Notes under the pieces: model-generated
What the model saw: only the letters and a program-made list of their open reading frames with translations
Told to the model about the DNA's origin: nothing
Database searches by the model: none
Made by a program: the position numbers and the translations under genes
In this document: positions 31,935 to 41,611 of the stretch, piece after piece
How the letters are laid out: each line of letters opens with the position of its first letter
Numbering within the stretch: the stretch's first letter is position 1
Source: a virus
Length of the DNA stretch: 64,000 nt
Virus record (IMG/VR): IMGVR_UViG_3300030108_003783
Coordinates: 32,001-96,000 of that record
Strand: one strand, 5' to 3'

Positions 31935-34232
31935 ATGAACGAAGCAAACGAATATAAAATAACCTTCGGACCATATTCTGCAGAATTAAAATCTGGTCAG
32001 GTTTATTTTAAAAAGAACAACAGTTTGATGAAAGCTATACCTGTAAAATCTACATTTGGGTTATATGACTTTAGAAAAATGGTTCAGAAAGTAGCAGCCT
32101 CTGTTAAAATGACTCACAAATTACCTAAAGATGTAATAAAAGCAAACAAGAACGAGTATAAAGCAATGAATACCGTTTACGATTACGTTAAAAAAGGTAG
32201 ACCTATAAAAGAAGAAATCAATTCAGATTTAAAATTACCTGCTGATAAACAATTAATATTACAAGCAGATACTGAAAAGCAACAAAGAGGCTTAAAAGTA
32301 TGCTGGAAATCTACAGGTGGTTATCATATAGTTTATTGGTACGGATCACCAGATAATGAAGTTCCAGCAGAATTAAGAGCTGCTCCAGAATTACCAGAAG
32401 ATGATATTTGGAAAAATCACGGAGAAGGCTTTGGTGATCATAAACATGTTTGGGTTGGATATCACCCATCAATCGACGAAGGGAAAGAAATGAAAAATAA
32501 AATTAATGAACGTGATATGGGTTATTATGTTTGGTCTGGTACTTATGGCCAAGATAAACCTAATAAGATGAAAGGTTTTACCTATGTAAAAGATTTAAAA
32601 GCTTCCATCGAAGCTACAAAAAAGAATAAAGCTAAATATGGAAATGCAAGAGCAATGATTGCTTATGAATTTGAAAAGGAGTTTCCAAAAGCTTTCAAAG
32701 CTTTAGCAGAAGGTTTTGCTTCTGATGCTCAAAGAAGAGCTGCTTTTGCAAGTGGATACAAAGCTAAAGGTAAAAAGAAAAAGAAAAACGAAGATGCAAA
32801 AGCAATATCCAATAAAAATTATGCAGATTATAAAAAGAATAATAAGCTTAAAAAAGAAATGGGTGTTGACTATGATAGATACGGAGATGCTGGTTCAGGA
32901 GGAGTTGATGAAAAATTTGAAGATCCAGGACCAATCAATCCTGTAACTATAATCAATACAGAAGATGAAATGAAAAAGAAAAGAAAAGTTTTACACGGAG
33001 ACATAGACGAAGATTACGTAAAACGTGATCATATGTACCAATCTTTAACATACAAAGTAAAAGATGCAAAAGCTGTAATGGATGCATATAAAAAATTCAA
33101 AGCAGGAAATAGAACTATCAATATGGTAGTAAAAAAATCTGGTGATGAGGTAACTATATCTGGCCATCCAACTAAAGGTAGATTTATAGCACCAAGTATT
33201 GCTGATCAATTAGATGCTGCAATCCAAAAAACTGGAAAGGCAAAACTAGTAAAATCTGATAGCAAGAAACTAAAGGAGAACAAAATGAACAAATCAGAAA
33301 TAAAGTTTAGAAAAATGATTAGAGAAATAGCTAAACCTATGTTAAAATCTGCTATGAATGAAATATCTGTTAAAGCTGGATTACAAGATATAATGAAAGG
33401 TAGAACTCCTTCTATTGAAGGAATTAAAATGTCAAAAGAAATGGCAGAAAATTTGATGTACTGGATTAATACTTCACCTTACGGTAGAAAATATGGTAAA
33501 TACATTTTAAAAGGAAGAATTGCTTCATTAATTGGACCAGCTAATGCAATGGGCTTTGGAGATAGATTAAAAGGAAAATTAAAAGGCGAATGGAAAGCTA
33601 TCGTTGCAAAGCACGGACCTAAAAGAGAAGCTGTGATAGAACAACTTCAATCTTTGAAAGAAGAAGAAATGGAAGGTCAAGTAAATGTTTACGGATATCA
33701 AACAAAACATTTTGATATATGCCCAGGAGCTCAAAGCTTATATAAAAGAATTCAAGATGAAGATTTAGTAGACACTGAAAAATTTGTAGTTATGTCAGCT
33801 AAATTACACGATGCTTTATTTGCAATAGAAAAAGATGCAATTAAAAGAGGTGGTACTGAAAAACTTGTAACAGCTGCTCAAGTTATTGCAGATAAAATAA
33901 TGAAACTTGCAAGAATGATGAATTTGGAATCTGAGCATTCTTATGTACAAGGTCATGTAGATAAAATAAAAGATTCAATGAATAAAGATACTGAAACACC
34001 AGTTGATGCTTCTTTTACAGATGGAGAAGTAAACGAGATGTCTGATTCTCAAATGTTGAAAATGGCAATGAAAGGTGCAAAACAAGCAAGAGTTGGTACT
34101 GCAGCAACAAAGGCTTATATTGATTCATTAAAAAATTCTTGGAGATTGAATCCTAGAGATAAAAAAGATTACAAAAACTTTTCGATAGATGATTGGGAAG
34201 AAGATGTATTATATTATATTCAAAACAAATAA
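31935..34232 (+). CDS. modular Lys-rich polyprotein, putative virion-internal protein
   Basis: ATG 31935 after GAGGA; modules separated by [ILV]xE sites; in-frame internal SD plus ATG at 33285. Confidence 0.6.
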   Translation: MNEANEYKITFGPYSAELKSGQVYFKKNNSLMKAIPVKSTFGLYDFRKMVQKVAASVKMTHKLPKDVIKANKNEYKAMNTVYDYVKKGRPIKEEINSDLKLPADKQLILQADTEKQQRGLKVCWKSTGGYHIVYWYGSPDNEVPAELRAAPELPEDDIWKNHGEGFGDHKHVWVGYHPSIDEGKEMKNKINERDMGYYVWSGTYGQDKPNKMKGFTYVKDLKASIEATKKNKAKYGNARAMIAYEFEKEFPKAFKALAEGFASDAQRRAAFASGYKAKGKKKKKNEDAKAISNKNYADYKKNNKLKKEMGVDYDRYGDAGSGGVDEKFEDPGPINPVTIINTEDEMKKKRKVLHGDIDEDYVKRDHMYQSLTYKVKDAKAVMDAYKKFKAGNRTINMVVKKSGDEVTISGHPTKGRFIAPSIADQLDAAIQKTGKAKLVKSDSKKLKENKMNKSEIKFRKMIREIAKPMLKSAMNEISVKAGLQDIMKGRTPSIEGIKMSKEMAENLMYWINTSPYGRKYGKYILKGRIASLIGPANAMGFGDRLKGKLKGEWKAIVAKHGPKREAVIEQLQSLKEEEMEGQVNVYGYQTKHFDICPGAQSLYKRIQDEDLVDTEKFVVMSAKLHDALFAIEKDAIKRGGTEKLVTAAQVIADKIMKLARMMNLESEHSYVQGHVDKIKDSMNKDTETPVDASFTDGEVNEMSDSQMLKMAMKGAKQARVGTAATKAYIDSLKNSWRLNPRDKKDYKNFSIDDWEEDVLYYIQNK

Positions 34233-34244
34233 GGAAGATTAAAA

Positions 34245-34541
34245 ATGGCAAAGAAAATTAAAAAGACAGCTAAGAAAGTTGTAAAAAAAGTTTTAGATAA
34301 AACGCAATTAGATGAAAAAATCGTTGCAGAGTACAAAGAAAATAAAACTCTGATAGATACTATATTGTGCTATGTTAAATGTTATGGTGGTTACGTATTA
34401 GCTATAGGAGCTGGTTGCTCATTTGGAGTAACTTGGAAATTATGGTTACCACTTTTAATTGGATCAGCTGCTTGGGCTTATTGGCAAGTATGTAAATGTA
34501 AAGCTTGCAAAGTAAACAGCGGCACTTGTTGTAATGGATAA
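34245..34541 (+). CDS. Cys-rich small membrane protein
   Basis: Basic N-terminus, two hydrophobic segments, Cys-rich tail. Confidence 0.6.
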   Translation: MAKKIKKTAKKVVKKVLDKTQLDEKIVAEYKENKTLIDTILCYVKCYGGYVLAIGAGCSFGVTWKLWLPLLIGSAAWAYWQVCKCKACKVNSGTCCNG

Positions 34542-34923
34542 GTATATTTACAGAGGAAAACTTGAAAGAGTAGTTGATGGAGATACTATCGATGCTCTTA
34601 TTGATGTAGGTTTTGATATTTGGTTAAAGAAAAGAGTTAGACTTTCAGCAATAGATACATGGGAAAGTAGAACACGAAACTTGGAAGAGAAGAAAAAAGG
34701 TTTAGCTGCAAAAGCAAGAACCAAAGAACTTTTAGAATCAGTATCATCAAAACCAGGATTATTTAGAATTAAATCTCATGGCCTTGGAAAATATGGTAGA
34801 TTATTAGGTGAGATATATATTCAAAATGAAGAAGGAAAAAGCATTTGTATAAATGAGCAGTTAATAGAAGAAGGTCATGCTTACGTATACGATGGAGGTA
34901 AGAAAAAAATATTTAAAGGATAA
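34534..34923 (+). CDS. thermonuclease (SNase-like)
   Basis: RVVDGDTID, VRLSAIDTWE, GKYGRLLG, NEQLIEEGHA. Confidence 0.88.
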   Translation: MDKYIYRGKLERVVDGDTIDALIDVGFDIWLKKRVRLSAIDTWESRTRNLEEKKKGLAAKARTKELLESVSSKPGLFRIKSHGLGKYGRLLGEIYIQNEEGKSICINEQLIEEGHAYVYDGGKKKIFKG

Positions 34924-34927
34924 AGTT

Positions 34928-35077
34928 ATGATAAATTGGATAAACGGCTTTGATGCTGGAAATAAAAAAGAAAAGTACTATCTAGAATTTAGATTAGGTA
35001 CATTTACAATATTAGAACTAAAATGGGAAGCTAATAAATTTAGATTTATGATTTTTAATTTGGGATTTGAATTATGA
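34928..35077 (+). CDS. small hypothetical protein
   Basis: 49 aa from ATG 34928; ATGA overlap with the next gene. Confidence 0.55.
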   Translation: MINWINGFDAGNKKEKYYLEFRLGTFTILELKWEANKFRFMIFNLGFEL

Positions 35078-38000
35078 GAAAATTATTATTTTTATTGCTT
35101 ATATTACCTTCGGTTATATTTGCACAAACAACAGACAGCTGGGTAAGATTTGCAGTTCAATATGATTATTGGGCTCCACAAGAATCAGCATTTACATTTG
35201 TATCAAATACTAACGGAGATACAATATTATATCATCAACCAACAAGCAACTGGGAATATTTAGATACAATAGTTGATTGCAACTCTGGACCTTATATTAT
35301 TACATTGAATGATAGTTATGGTGATGGATGGGCATCATATCAAGGTGGACAATTAATGTCACCATATCCTGAATTTAAAATGTCAAATGATTGTCAAGGA
35401 ATGATATTCTATGCTGATTCTACTGCATTAGTAGGTTTTTCAGTATTAGATACATTAGTTAATATCAATCCATGTGCACCTCCAATATCTGGGTGTACAG
35501 ATTCCAATGCAATTAATTATGATTCAACCGCCACAATAGAAGATGGTTCTTGTACTTATCCTCCATGCGGCGGTCTTGTTTGGACTAACGCTTATCAAAA
35601 TTGTCAACCTAATGGACAAGCACTATCTATATTTGAATGGGAAACTACTCCAGGCCCCAATTGTGCAGTAACAAGTGTTTGGATAACAAATGAAAATGGT
35701 TTAGGTCCATACCAATTTCCAGGAAACTGGCCATCAGGAGGACCTCATAATTTTGCATTTAATACTGGTCCAGGTCAGATGCCACCTAATTGGTCAGAAG
35801 ACTTTTATGCTATATTAGAATTTGCAGATGGTTCTATGTCAGATACAATTACATATACACCATATCCTTGTATACCTGGATGTTTAGATCCAACTCAAAT
35901 ATCTTATAATCCTTGGGCTACAATTGATGATGGCTCATGCTCAGGAACAACTTGTGATACAGCAACTCAATATCAAATTACAATGGAAATTACATTAGAC
36001 AACTGGCCAGGAGAAACTAGTTGGGACTTCGTTGACGGATTAGGAAATACATTTACATATCCCGTAGGAACATATGATTTCAATGATATAGGACAAACTT
36101 ATACATATACTTTTTGTGTAGATCAAAATGCTGCATTTGAATTAATTATCAGTGATGATTATGGTGATGGGATGGCAGGTTCTACTTCTGGTGGTTCAAT
36201 CGACGGAGCAGCAGTAATATATGATTGTTCAGGTGATACTATTTGGTATATGGATAATCCAGGGTTTGGAAACGTTTTATATTCAGGACCGCAAACAGCT
36301 TCACCATGTCCAACAACTCCAGTGATACCAGGTTGTATGGATGATGATTATGTAGAATTTAACCCGTTAGCAAATGTAGATGATAGCTCATGTACAACAT
36401 TACACACTTATGGTTGTACTGATTCATTGGCTTTTAATTATGATCCAACAGCAACTATGATGGACTTAATACCCGATTGTAATTATGAATTATGGATAGG
36501 AGATGCAGGAGGTGATGGTTGGGGTAACTCATTTATTGGAGTTTATCAAAATGGTATCAATCTTGGAACGTATACAATGGGACCAGGAAATTATCAACAA
36601 ACATTTAATATTATTTTAGATCCAGGAATACCAGTTGAAGTTTATTATTTTGAAGTTGGTGGACCACAACAACCGCCACAAGAGGTACAATTCCAAACTT
36701 GGCACAACTCTTTCAAATTAACAAATGCAGATGGTTTTGTATTAATGCACGAAGGACAGAATCCTTTTGCTAATAATGGTCAAGGAGCTTTACAATCTTT
36801 TGAATCCCCATTCTGGACTAAATATACAGGTATCCCATTCTGTGGTAACACTTGTATTCCAACAATATTAGGTTGTATGGATACTAACTCTTTTAATTTT
36901 GATTCATTAGCAAATGTTGATGATGGTTCTTGTATCCCCTTTATATTTGGTTGTACTAATGAATTTGCAATAAATTACGATTCTTTAGCAAATATAGATG
37001 ATGGAAGCTGTATAGCAATTGTAAATGGATGTACTGACCCAACAGCTGATAATTATAATGCATCTGCAAACACTGACGATGGTAGTTGTTATTACATTGG
37101 GTGTATGGATCAAACCGCATGTAACTATGATTCTACTGCAACAATCTCAAATGGTTGTCAATATCCAATTACATATTACGATTGTTACGGAGCATGTATA
37201 AATGATACTGATGGAGATGGTATTTGTGATGAACTTGAAATTTTAGGATGTACTAATCCAATAGCATTAAATTTTGATCTAAATGCAACTGATGATGATG
37301 GAAGTTGTATTTTACCAATATACGGTTGTACAGATCCAACAATGTTTAATTATGATGCTAATGCTAATACAGATAATGGAAGCTGCATACCATTTATTTA
37401 TGGATGTACAGATTCAACAGCCTTTAACTACGACCCATTAGCTAATACAGATAATGGAACTTGTCAAGTAATTATATATGGATGTACTAATCCTATTGCT
37501 TTAAATTATGATCCATTAGCTAATACAGATGATTTATCTTGTATACTTCCAATTTATGGATGTACAGATTCAACGATGTATAATTATAATCCACTAGCCA
37601 ATGTAGACAATGGAACATGTGAACCGTTCGTATATGGTTGTACTGACCCATTAGCTTTTAATTATAATCCACTAGCAAATACAACAGATAATTCATGTTG
37701 CCTAATTTCAGGATGTACAGATTCCACTGCATTAAATTATAATGAGTTTGCTTGTTATGATGACAATTCATGTATAGAAGTTATTACAGGTTGTACGGAT
37801 GTAGCAGCATACAATTATAATCCAATAGCAAATGTTTCAGATTCTACAGCTTGTTTATACGATGCAGGATGCTACGGAGGACCAGGTATACCTTATTGGT
37901 TAAACGATGGATGTTATGCTTGGGTAATAGATGTAGACTCTTATTGTTGTACTGACGAATGGGATGCATCATGTCAATCAATGTATGATTATTGTCAATT

Positions 38001-38247
38001 AGGCTGGCCAACATCAATAGATGAATTAGGAGATAAAGCAATTATGATTTATCCAAACCCATCTAAAGATATTTTCAATATAGAAACAAGATTAGATATA
38101 GAAACAGAAATTTACGATTTAACTGGTAAAAGAATAATATCTACAAAAGATAAACGAATTTCTTTAGCTGGTTATCCTTCTGGAGTATACAATATGATAA
38201 TTATATACAACGAACTCAGAATAAATAAGAGGGTAATAAAACAATGA
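35074..38247 (+). CDS. secreted Cys-rich repeat protein with T9SS type-A sorting domain
   Basis: Signal peptide ending VIFA/Q; about 16 GCTD..A.NY...A..D.GSC repeats; C-terminus IYPNPSKD...IYDLTGK...PSGVY...KRVIKQ. Confidence 0.88.
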   Translation: MRKLLFLLLILPSVIFAQTTDSWVRFAVQYDYWAPQESAFTFVSNTNGDTILYHQPTSNWEYLDTIVDCNSGPYIITLNDSYGDGWASYQGGQLMSPYPEFKMSNDCQGMIFYADSTALVGFSVLDTLVNINPCAPPISGCTDSNAINYDSTATIEDGSCTYPPCGGLVWTNAYQNCQPNGQALSIFEWETTPGPNCAVTSVWITNENGLGPYQFPGNWPSGGPHNFAFNTGPGQMPPNWSEDFYAILEFADGSMSDTITYTPYPCIPGCLDPTQISYNPWATIDDGSCSGTTCDTATQYQITMEITLDNWPGETSWDFVDGLGNTFTYPVGTYDFNDIGQTYTYTFCVDQNAAFELIISDDYGDGMAGSTSGGSIDGAAVIYDCSGDTIWYMDNPGFGNVLYSGPQTASPCPTTPVIPGCMDDDYVEFNPLANVDDSSCTTLHTYGCTDSLAFNYDPTATMMDLIPDCNYELWIGDAGGDGWGNSFIGVYQNGINLGTYTMGPGNYQQTFNIILDPGIPVEVYYFEVGGPQQPPQEVQFQTWHNSFKLTNADGFVLMHEGQNPFANNGQGALQSFESPFWTKYTGIPFCGNTCIPTILGCMDTNSFNFDSLANVDDGSCIPFIFGCTNEFAINYDSLANIDDGSCIAIVNGCTDPTADNYNASANTDDGSCYYIGCMDQTACNYDSTATISNGCQYPITYYDCYGACINDTDGDGICDELEILGCTNPIALNFDLNATDDDGSCILPIYGCTDPTMFNYDANANTDNGSCIPFIYGCTDSTAFNYDPLANTDNGTCQVIIYGCTNPIALNYDPLANTDDLSCILPIYGCTDSTMYNYNPLANVDNGTCEPFVYGCTDPLAFNYNPLANTTDNSCCLISGCTDSTALNYNEFACYDDNSCIEVITGCTDVAAYNYNPIANVSDSTACLYDAGCYGGPGIPYWLNDGCYAWVIDVDSYCCTDEWDASCQSMYDYCQLGWPTSIDELGDKAIMIYPNPSKDIFNIETRLDIETEIYDLTGKRIISTKDKRISLAGYPSGVYNMIIIYNELRINKRVIKQ
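36868..37860 (+). repeat. tandem coding repeats of about 26 aa (78 bp), GCTD type
   Basis: Repeated GGxTGTACxGAT...AATTAT...GCxAAT...GAT...TGT units; boundaries approximate. Confidence 0.75.
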
Positions 38248-39329
38248 GAAAATCGATTTACATTTTAATAGCAATATTAGTTGCATCTTGTGCTGCTCCT
38301 AAAAAATGCTGTTCTCAAGACAATAACTTTAAAAAAGAATTAAAAAAAGTATTTAAGTTTTCAACTTTTTATGGTGCAGTAAACGGTGGTAATTCTATTT
38401 CAGATGTAGATGTATTCTCTGTTACAAATGGATTACAAACAAATACTGTTAAAACTCCATTCGATTATTCAGTTACATTTGGAGTTAGAAAAATTGCTAG
38501 ATTAGGTTATGAAAATAGAGCAAATACTTTTTACAATGGAACTGAAAATTCTTTTTCTGATGCTGCTACAATTGGTAAAATAAAAGGTTTTGAATTTTTA
38601 TTTGAAGGTGAATTAGCAAGACAACAAGGAATGGAGCTAATTAATCAACAACACTTTTTAAGATATGTTCATGACAAATTCATTATAAAAACAGAATATG
38701 TTATGGACGGCTTTGCAGATATAGAATACTTTGAAGCATCACAAAGATATAGATATAAAATTGGTAAAAAGCTTTCATTTAATATCGGAGCTGTACAAAG
38801 ATTTGCAGAACCTTATGGGTATGATCCATTAGAAGAATGGTTATTATCAAATGGAAATTTACATTATACTCAATTAGCATTACAAGAAGGATACACAGTA
38901 CAATTCGATGGAAACGGTGGTACAGAATATTATAATCCATCCGGAGGTTTAGTAGCAGAGAATACTCAAATATGGGAAGGAGTTGTTATACCTCAAGTTT
39001 TATCTGATTATGTAGAAAAAGAAAGAAATAAATTAGATCAAACTTTACAGCATTCAATTGTAATAGGTTTTGATTACTATCATTATACAAAAGACTTTTG
39101 GCTCCATTCATGGGGTAACTTAATGCCTTATCATTACGATGATGGCGGGGAATTCTCTTATCATAAATTCAACAATAACGAACAATGGTTAGATTATTCA
39201 GGCGGATTGATATTTGGATATTATATAATTCCAAAGAAACTAGGATTATTTATAGAAGGTAAATATAATAAATATTGGAATAGAAACTGGCATGATTTCA
39301 GTTTAGGTTTCAACTATGTAATACGATAA
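38244..39329 (+). CDS. putative outer-membrane (lipo)protein, beta-barrel-like
   Basis: Lipobox-like LVASC; aromatic-rich amphipathic strands; C-terminus DFSLGFNYVIR. Confidence 0.6.
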   Translation: MRKSIYILIAILVASCAAPKKCCSQDNNFKKELKKVFKFSTFYGAVNGGNSISDVDVFSVTNGLQTNTVKTPFDYSVTFGVRKIARLGYENRANTFYNGTENSFSDAATIGKIKGFEFLFEGELARQQGMELINQQHFLRYVHDKFIIKTEYVMDGFADIEYFEASQRYRYKIGKKLSFNIGAVQRFAEPYGYDPLEEWLLSNGNLHYTQLALQEGYTVQFDGNGGTEYYNPSGGLVAENTQIWEGVVIPQVLSDYVEKERNKLDQTLQHSIVIGFDYYHYTKDFWLHSWGNLMPYHYDDGGEFSYHKFNNNEQWLDYSGGLIFGYYIIPKKLGLFIEGKYNKYWNRNWHDFSLGFNYVIR

Positions 39330-39341
39330 CGGGATAAAAAA

Positions 39342-39626
39342 ATGGCTAAAGAATTAAATGAAGATTCAAGTTTCAAAGTAAGTATAAAAACTTTAATTGC
39401 TATCGGTATAGCTCTATCAACATTGATTGGTATGTGGTTTACGCTTCAAGCTGATATAGCAGAAGCAAAGGAATTACCTTTAGCTCCTCCACCAGATGTA
39501 ACAAGGATGGAGTTCGATATGAAAGATAAGAATATTAGATTAACTATCGAAAATACTCAAGACGATGTTGAAGAGATTAAAGAAGATTTGAAACGTATTG
39601 AAGATAAAATCGATAGACTCAACTAG
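39342..39626 (+). CDS. single-TM coiled-coil protein
   Basis: TM segment, then coiled coil DVEEIKEDLKRIEDKIDRL. Confidence 0.65.
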   Translation: MAKELNEDSSFKVSIKTLIAIGIALSTLIGMWFTLQADIAEAKELPLAPPPDVTRMEFDMKDKNIRLTIENTQDDVEEIKEDLKRIEDKIDRLN

Positions 39627-39635
39627 GAGAACAAC

Positions 39636-39992
39636 ATGAAACTAATTAAATTATTAATAATTTTGTTATTTCCAGTGCTTTGTCACAGTCAATCTGTAAA
39701 GACTATAAAAATTAATGGTGAATTAACTATTGTGCATTTTAATGCAGATTGGAATTCTGCTAATGATGTAAAATGGTTTACAAAACTTTCTGATGCAAAG
39801 AAAATGAACTGCAATATTGCAAAAGATACAAAAGCTGGTGAAAAATATCAAATAGTTGTTGTTCCAACAATTATTATATTTCATGAAGGAGAAGAAGTAA
39901 AACGTTTTCAAGCTGATATTTCTTTTACTATGAAAGCCACTAAAGAAGAAGTACAAGAGGAAATAGATAATATAGTATCGGAGAGCTTTTAA
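39636..39992 (+). CDS. exported thioredoxin-fold protein lacking CxxC
   Basis: Signal peptide; HFNADWN, VVPTIIIF..GEEVKRF. Confidence 0.65.
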   Translation: MKLIKLLIILLFPVLCHSQSVKTIKINGELTIVHFNADWNSANDVKWFTKLSDAKKMNCNIAKDTKAGEKYQIVVVPTIIIFHEGEEVKRFQADISFTMKATKEEVQEEIDNIVSESF

Positions 39993-40207
39993 TGTGGAAA
40001 TTATTTAAAGATGAAAATGATATAAATGAAAAAGCAATCGTAGGATTTGCTTCTTTTGTTTTAATGGTTATATTTGCAATTTGCGATTTAATTACTGGAT
40101 GGTGCGGAATGGAACTAGTAATTAATGAAGTAATATATAATTCTTTCGTGATAGTCACGTTAGGATCTTTTGGTATAAGTTCAATAGAAAAAATAAAAGG
40201 AAAATAA
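39992..40207 (+). CDS. 2-TM holin-like membrane protein
   Basis: 71 aa, two TM segments, directly upstream of a putative PG hydrolase. Confidence 0.5.
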   Translation: MWKLFKDENDINEKAIVGFASFVLMVIFAICDLITGWCGMELVINEVIYNSFVIVTLGSFGISSIEKIKGK

Positions 40208-40810
40208 ATGTATACAAGAGAACAGGTTGAAGCTGCCGTAAAAGCTAAAGGGTATAAATGGTTTGAAAATGGTGATTACAATGTTAATATAGTTGGAATC
40301 AGAAATATGTCTGTTGGTGACAGAGTAACAAATAAATTTGATGATCACTTAACAATATCTTATAAAGTAGACGGGGAATGGTGTTATGAAATATTTAATT
40401 GCACTACTGATCCAGGTGATGATTGGATGGATAAACCAATGCTAGAAAAAGGCTGTGCTATATTAGTACCAGGTCAATACAGAGGTTCACACAAATTAAG
40501 ATTACACCAGGGAAGATATTTAGCTTTAGGACAGCAAAGACCAGTTAAAGTTTATAGAGATAGAGATAAAGATGGTAAATATGATTTTGATCCTTCAACA
40601 ATAGACGAAGGTTTATTTGGAATCAATATTCATAGAGCAACTAAACATGCTGGAAAAACTTCTACTTATGTAGATAAATGGTCTGCAGGTTGTCAAGTAA
40701 TTGCAAGTAACGATGATTGGCATTGTTTCTTAGATATATGTCAAACAGCAAGAGATACTTGGAATAACAATTTTACATATACATTACTTGAATCTACTGA
40801 CCTAACTTGA
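40208..40810 (+). CDS. YkuD/L,D-peptidase-like protein, putative endolysin
   Basis: GINIHRA...WSAGCQV resembles the His/Cys H-x(14-17)-SxGC motif. Confidence 0.6.
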   Translation: MYTREQVEAAVKAKGYKWFENGDYNVNIVGIRNMSVGDRVTNKFDDHLTISYKVDGEWCYEIFNCTTDPGDDWMDKPMLEKGCAILVPGQYRGSHKLRLHQGRYLALGQQRPVKVYRDRDKDGKYDFDPSTIDEGLFGINIHRATKHAGKTSTYVDKWSAGCQVIASNDDWHCFLDICQTARDTWNNNFTYTLLESTDLT

Positions 40811-40835
40811 TATTTATAACAAAGAGGATAATAAA

Positions 40836-41315
40836 ATGGCACAATTTAACGATTCAAAATGGCGAAGAGAAATATTAGAAGGTAAACATCAATTGAAGGA
40901 GTTTACTGAATATAACTTTGACCCGATGGACATGTACAGTAGAAATACTAAAAATGCAGATAAAGTAGAAAGAATTTTAAAGAAGGCAGGTTTTTCAAAA
41001 GTAAACCTTAGGAAAGCTCAAAAGCAAGTAGTATTTATAGATCAAAATATGCACAGAACTAGAGGAGTTATGTTTGTTCATATCCAATATCATGTAGTTA
41101 AAGGAAAAGATGGAAAGACTTATTTCATACACCAAACGCAATATTATCATAGAGATTTTGGAACTGGAGTTGTCAATCTAACTGCAGTGATGGTAGAGGA
41201 ACAACCTAATTATCCATCTGATAAAGGTGAAAAATTTATAGGGAGAGCAGTTTTTCTTAAAGATGATTTCTTAGATGGTATAAGAAATGTTGAAGTATTG
41301 AAAAGAGCATCATAA
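40836..41315 (+). CDS. hypothetical late protein
   Basis: TGATATTTAT motif and GAGGA upstream; ILE and LKE sites near the N-terminus. Confidence 0.7.
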   Translation: MAQFNDSKWRREILEGKHQLKEFTEYNFDPMDMYSRNTKNADKVERILKKAGFSKVNLRKAQKQVVFIDQNMHRTRGVMFVHIQYHVVKGKDGKTYFIHQTQYYHRDFGTGVVNLTAVMVEEQPNYPSDKGEKFIGRAVFLKDDFLDGIRNVEVLKRAS

Positions 41316-41329
41316 AATAGGAGATTATA

Positions 41330-41611
41330 ATGAAATTAAAGAAAATAATTAAAGAACATTCTTTAGGAGAATTACCTTCTTCTAAATTGATGAAAATGAA
41401 ATGGAATCCCGTTACAGATCCAAAACCAGTAAATGAAAGATTATCTAGACAAGCTTTAGACAGATTAGAAGGGCTTCATAATATAAGAGTAATGAAAACT
41501 TTTTTAGCTGCTGGTAAAGATTTAGCAAAAGAACTTTATGATGAAGGATTTGAAAACGATGAAATTTTAGATTTCTTTTATTACAAATTACAAAGAGCGG
41601 GTATAAGATGA
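41330..41611 (+). CDS. leader-family protein (MKLKKIIKE)
   Basis: Shared N-terminal leader; internal VNE site. Confidence 0.65.
   Translation: MKLKKIIKEHSLGELPSSKLMKMKWNPVTDPKPVNERLSRQALDRLEGLHNIRVMKTFLAAGKDLAKELYDEGFENDEILDFFYYKLQRAGIR

Noticed and set aside
36868-37860. 78-bp periodic repeats as a CRISPR array or DGR template/variable repeats
   Set aside because: They are degenerate in-frame protein repeats with synonymous variation, and no reverse transcriptase is present in the window.
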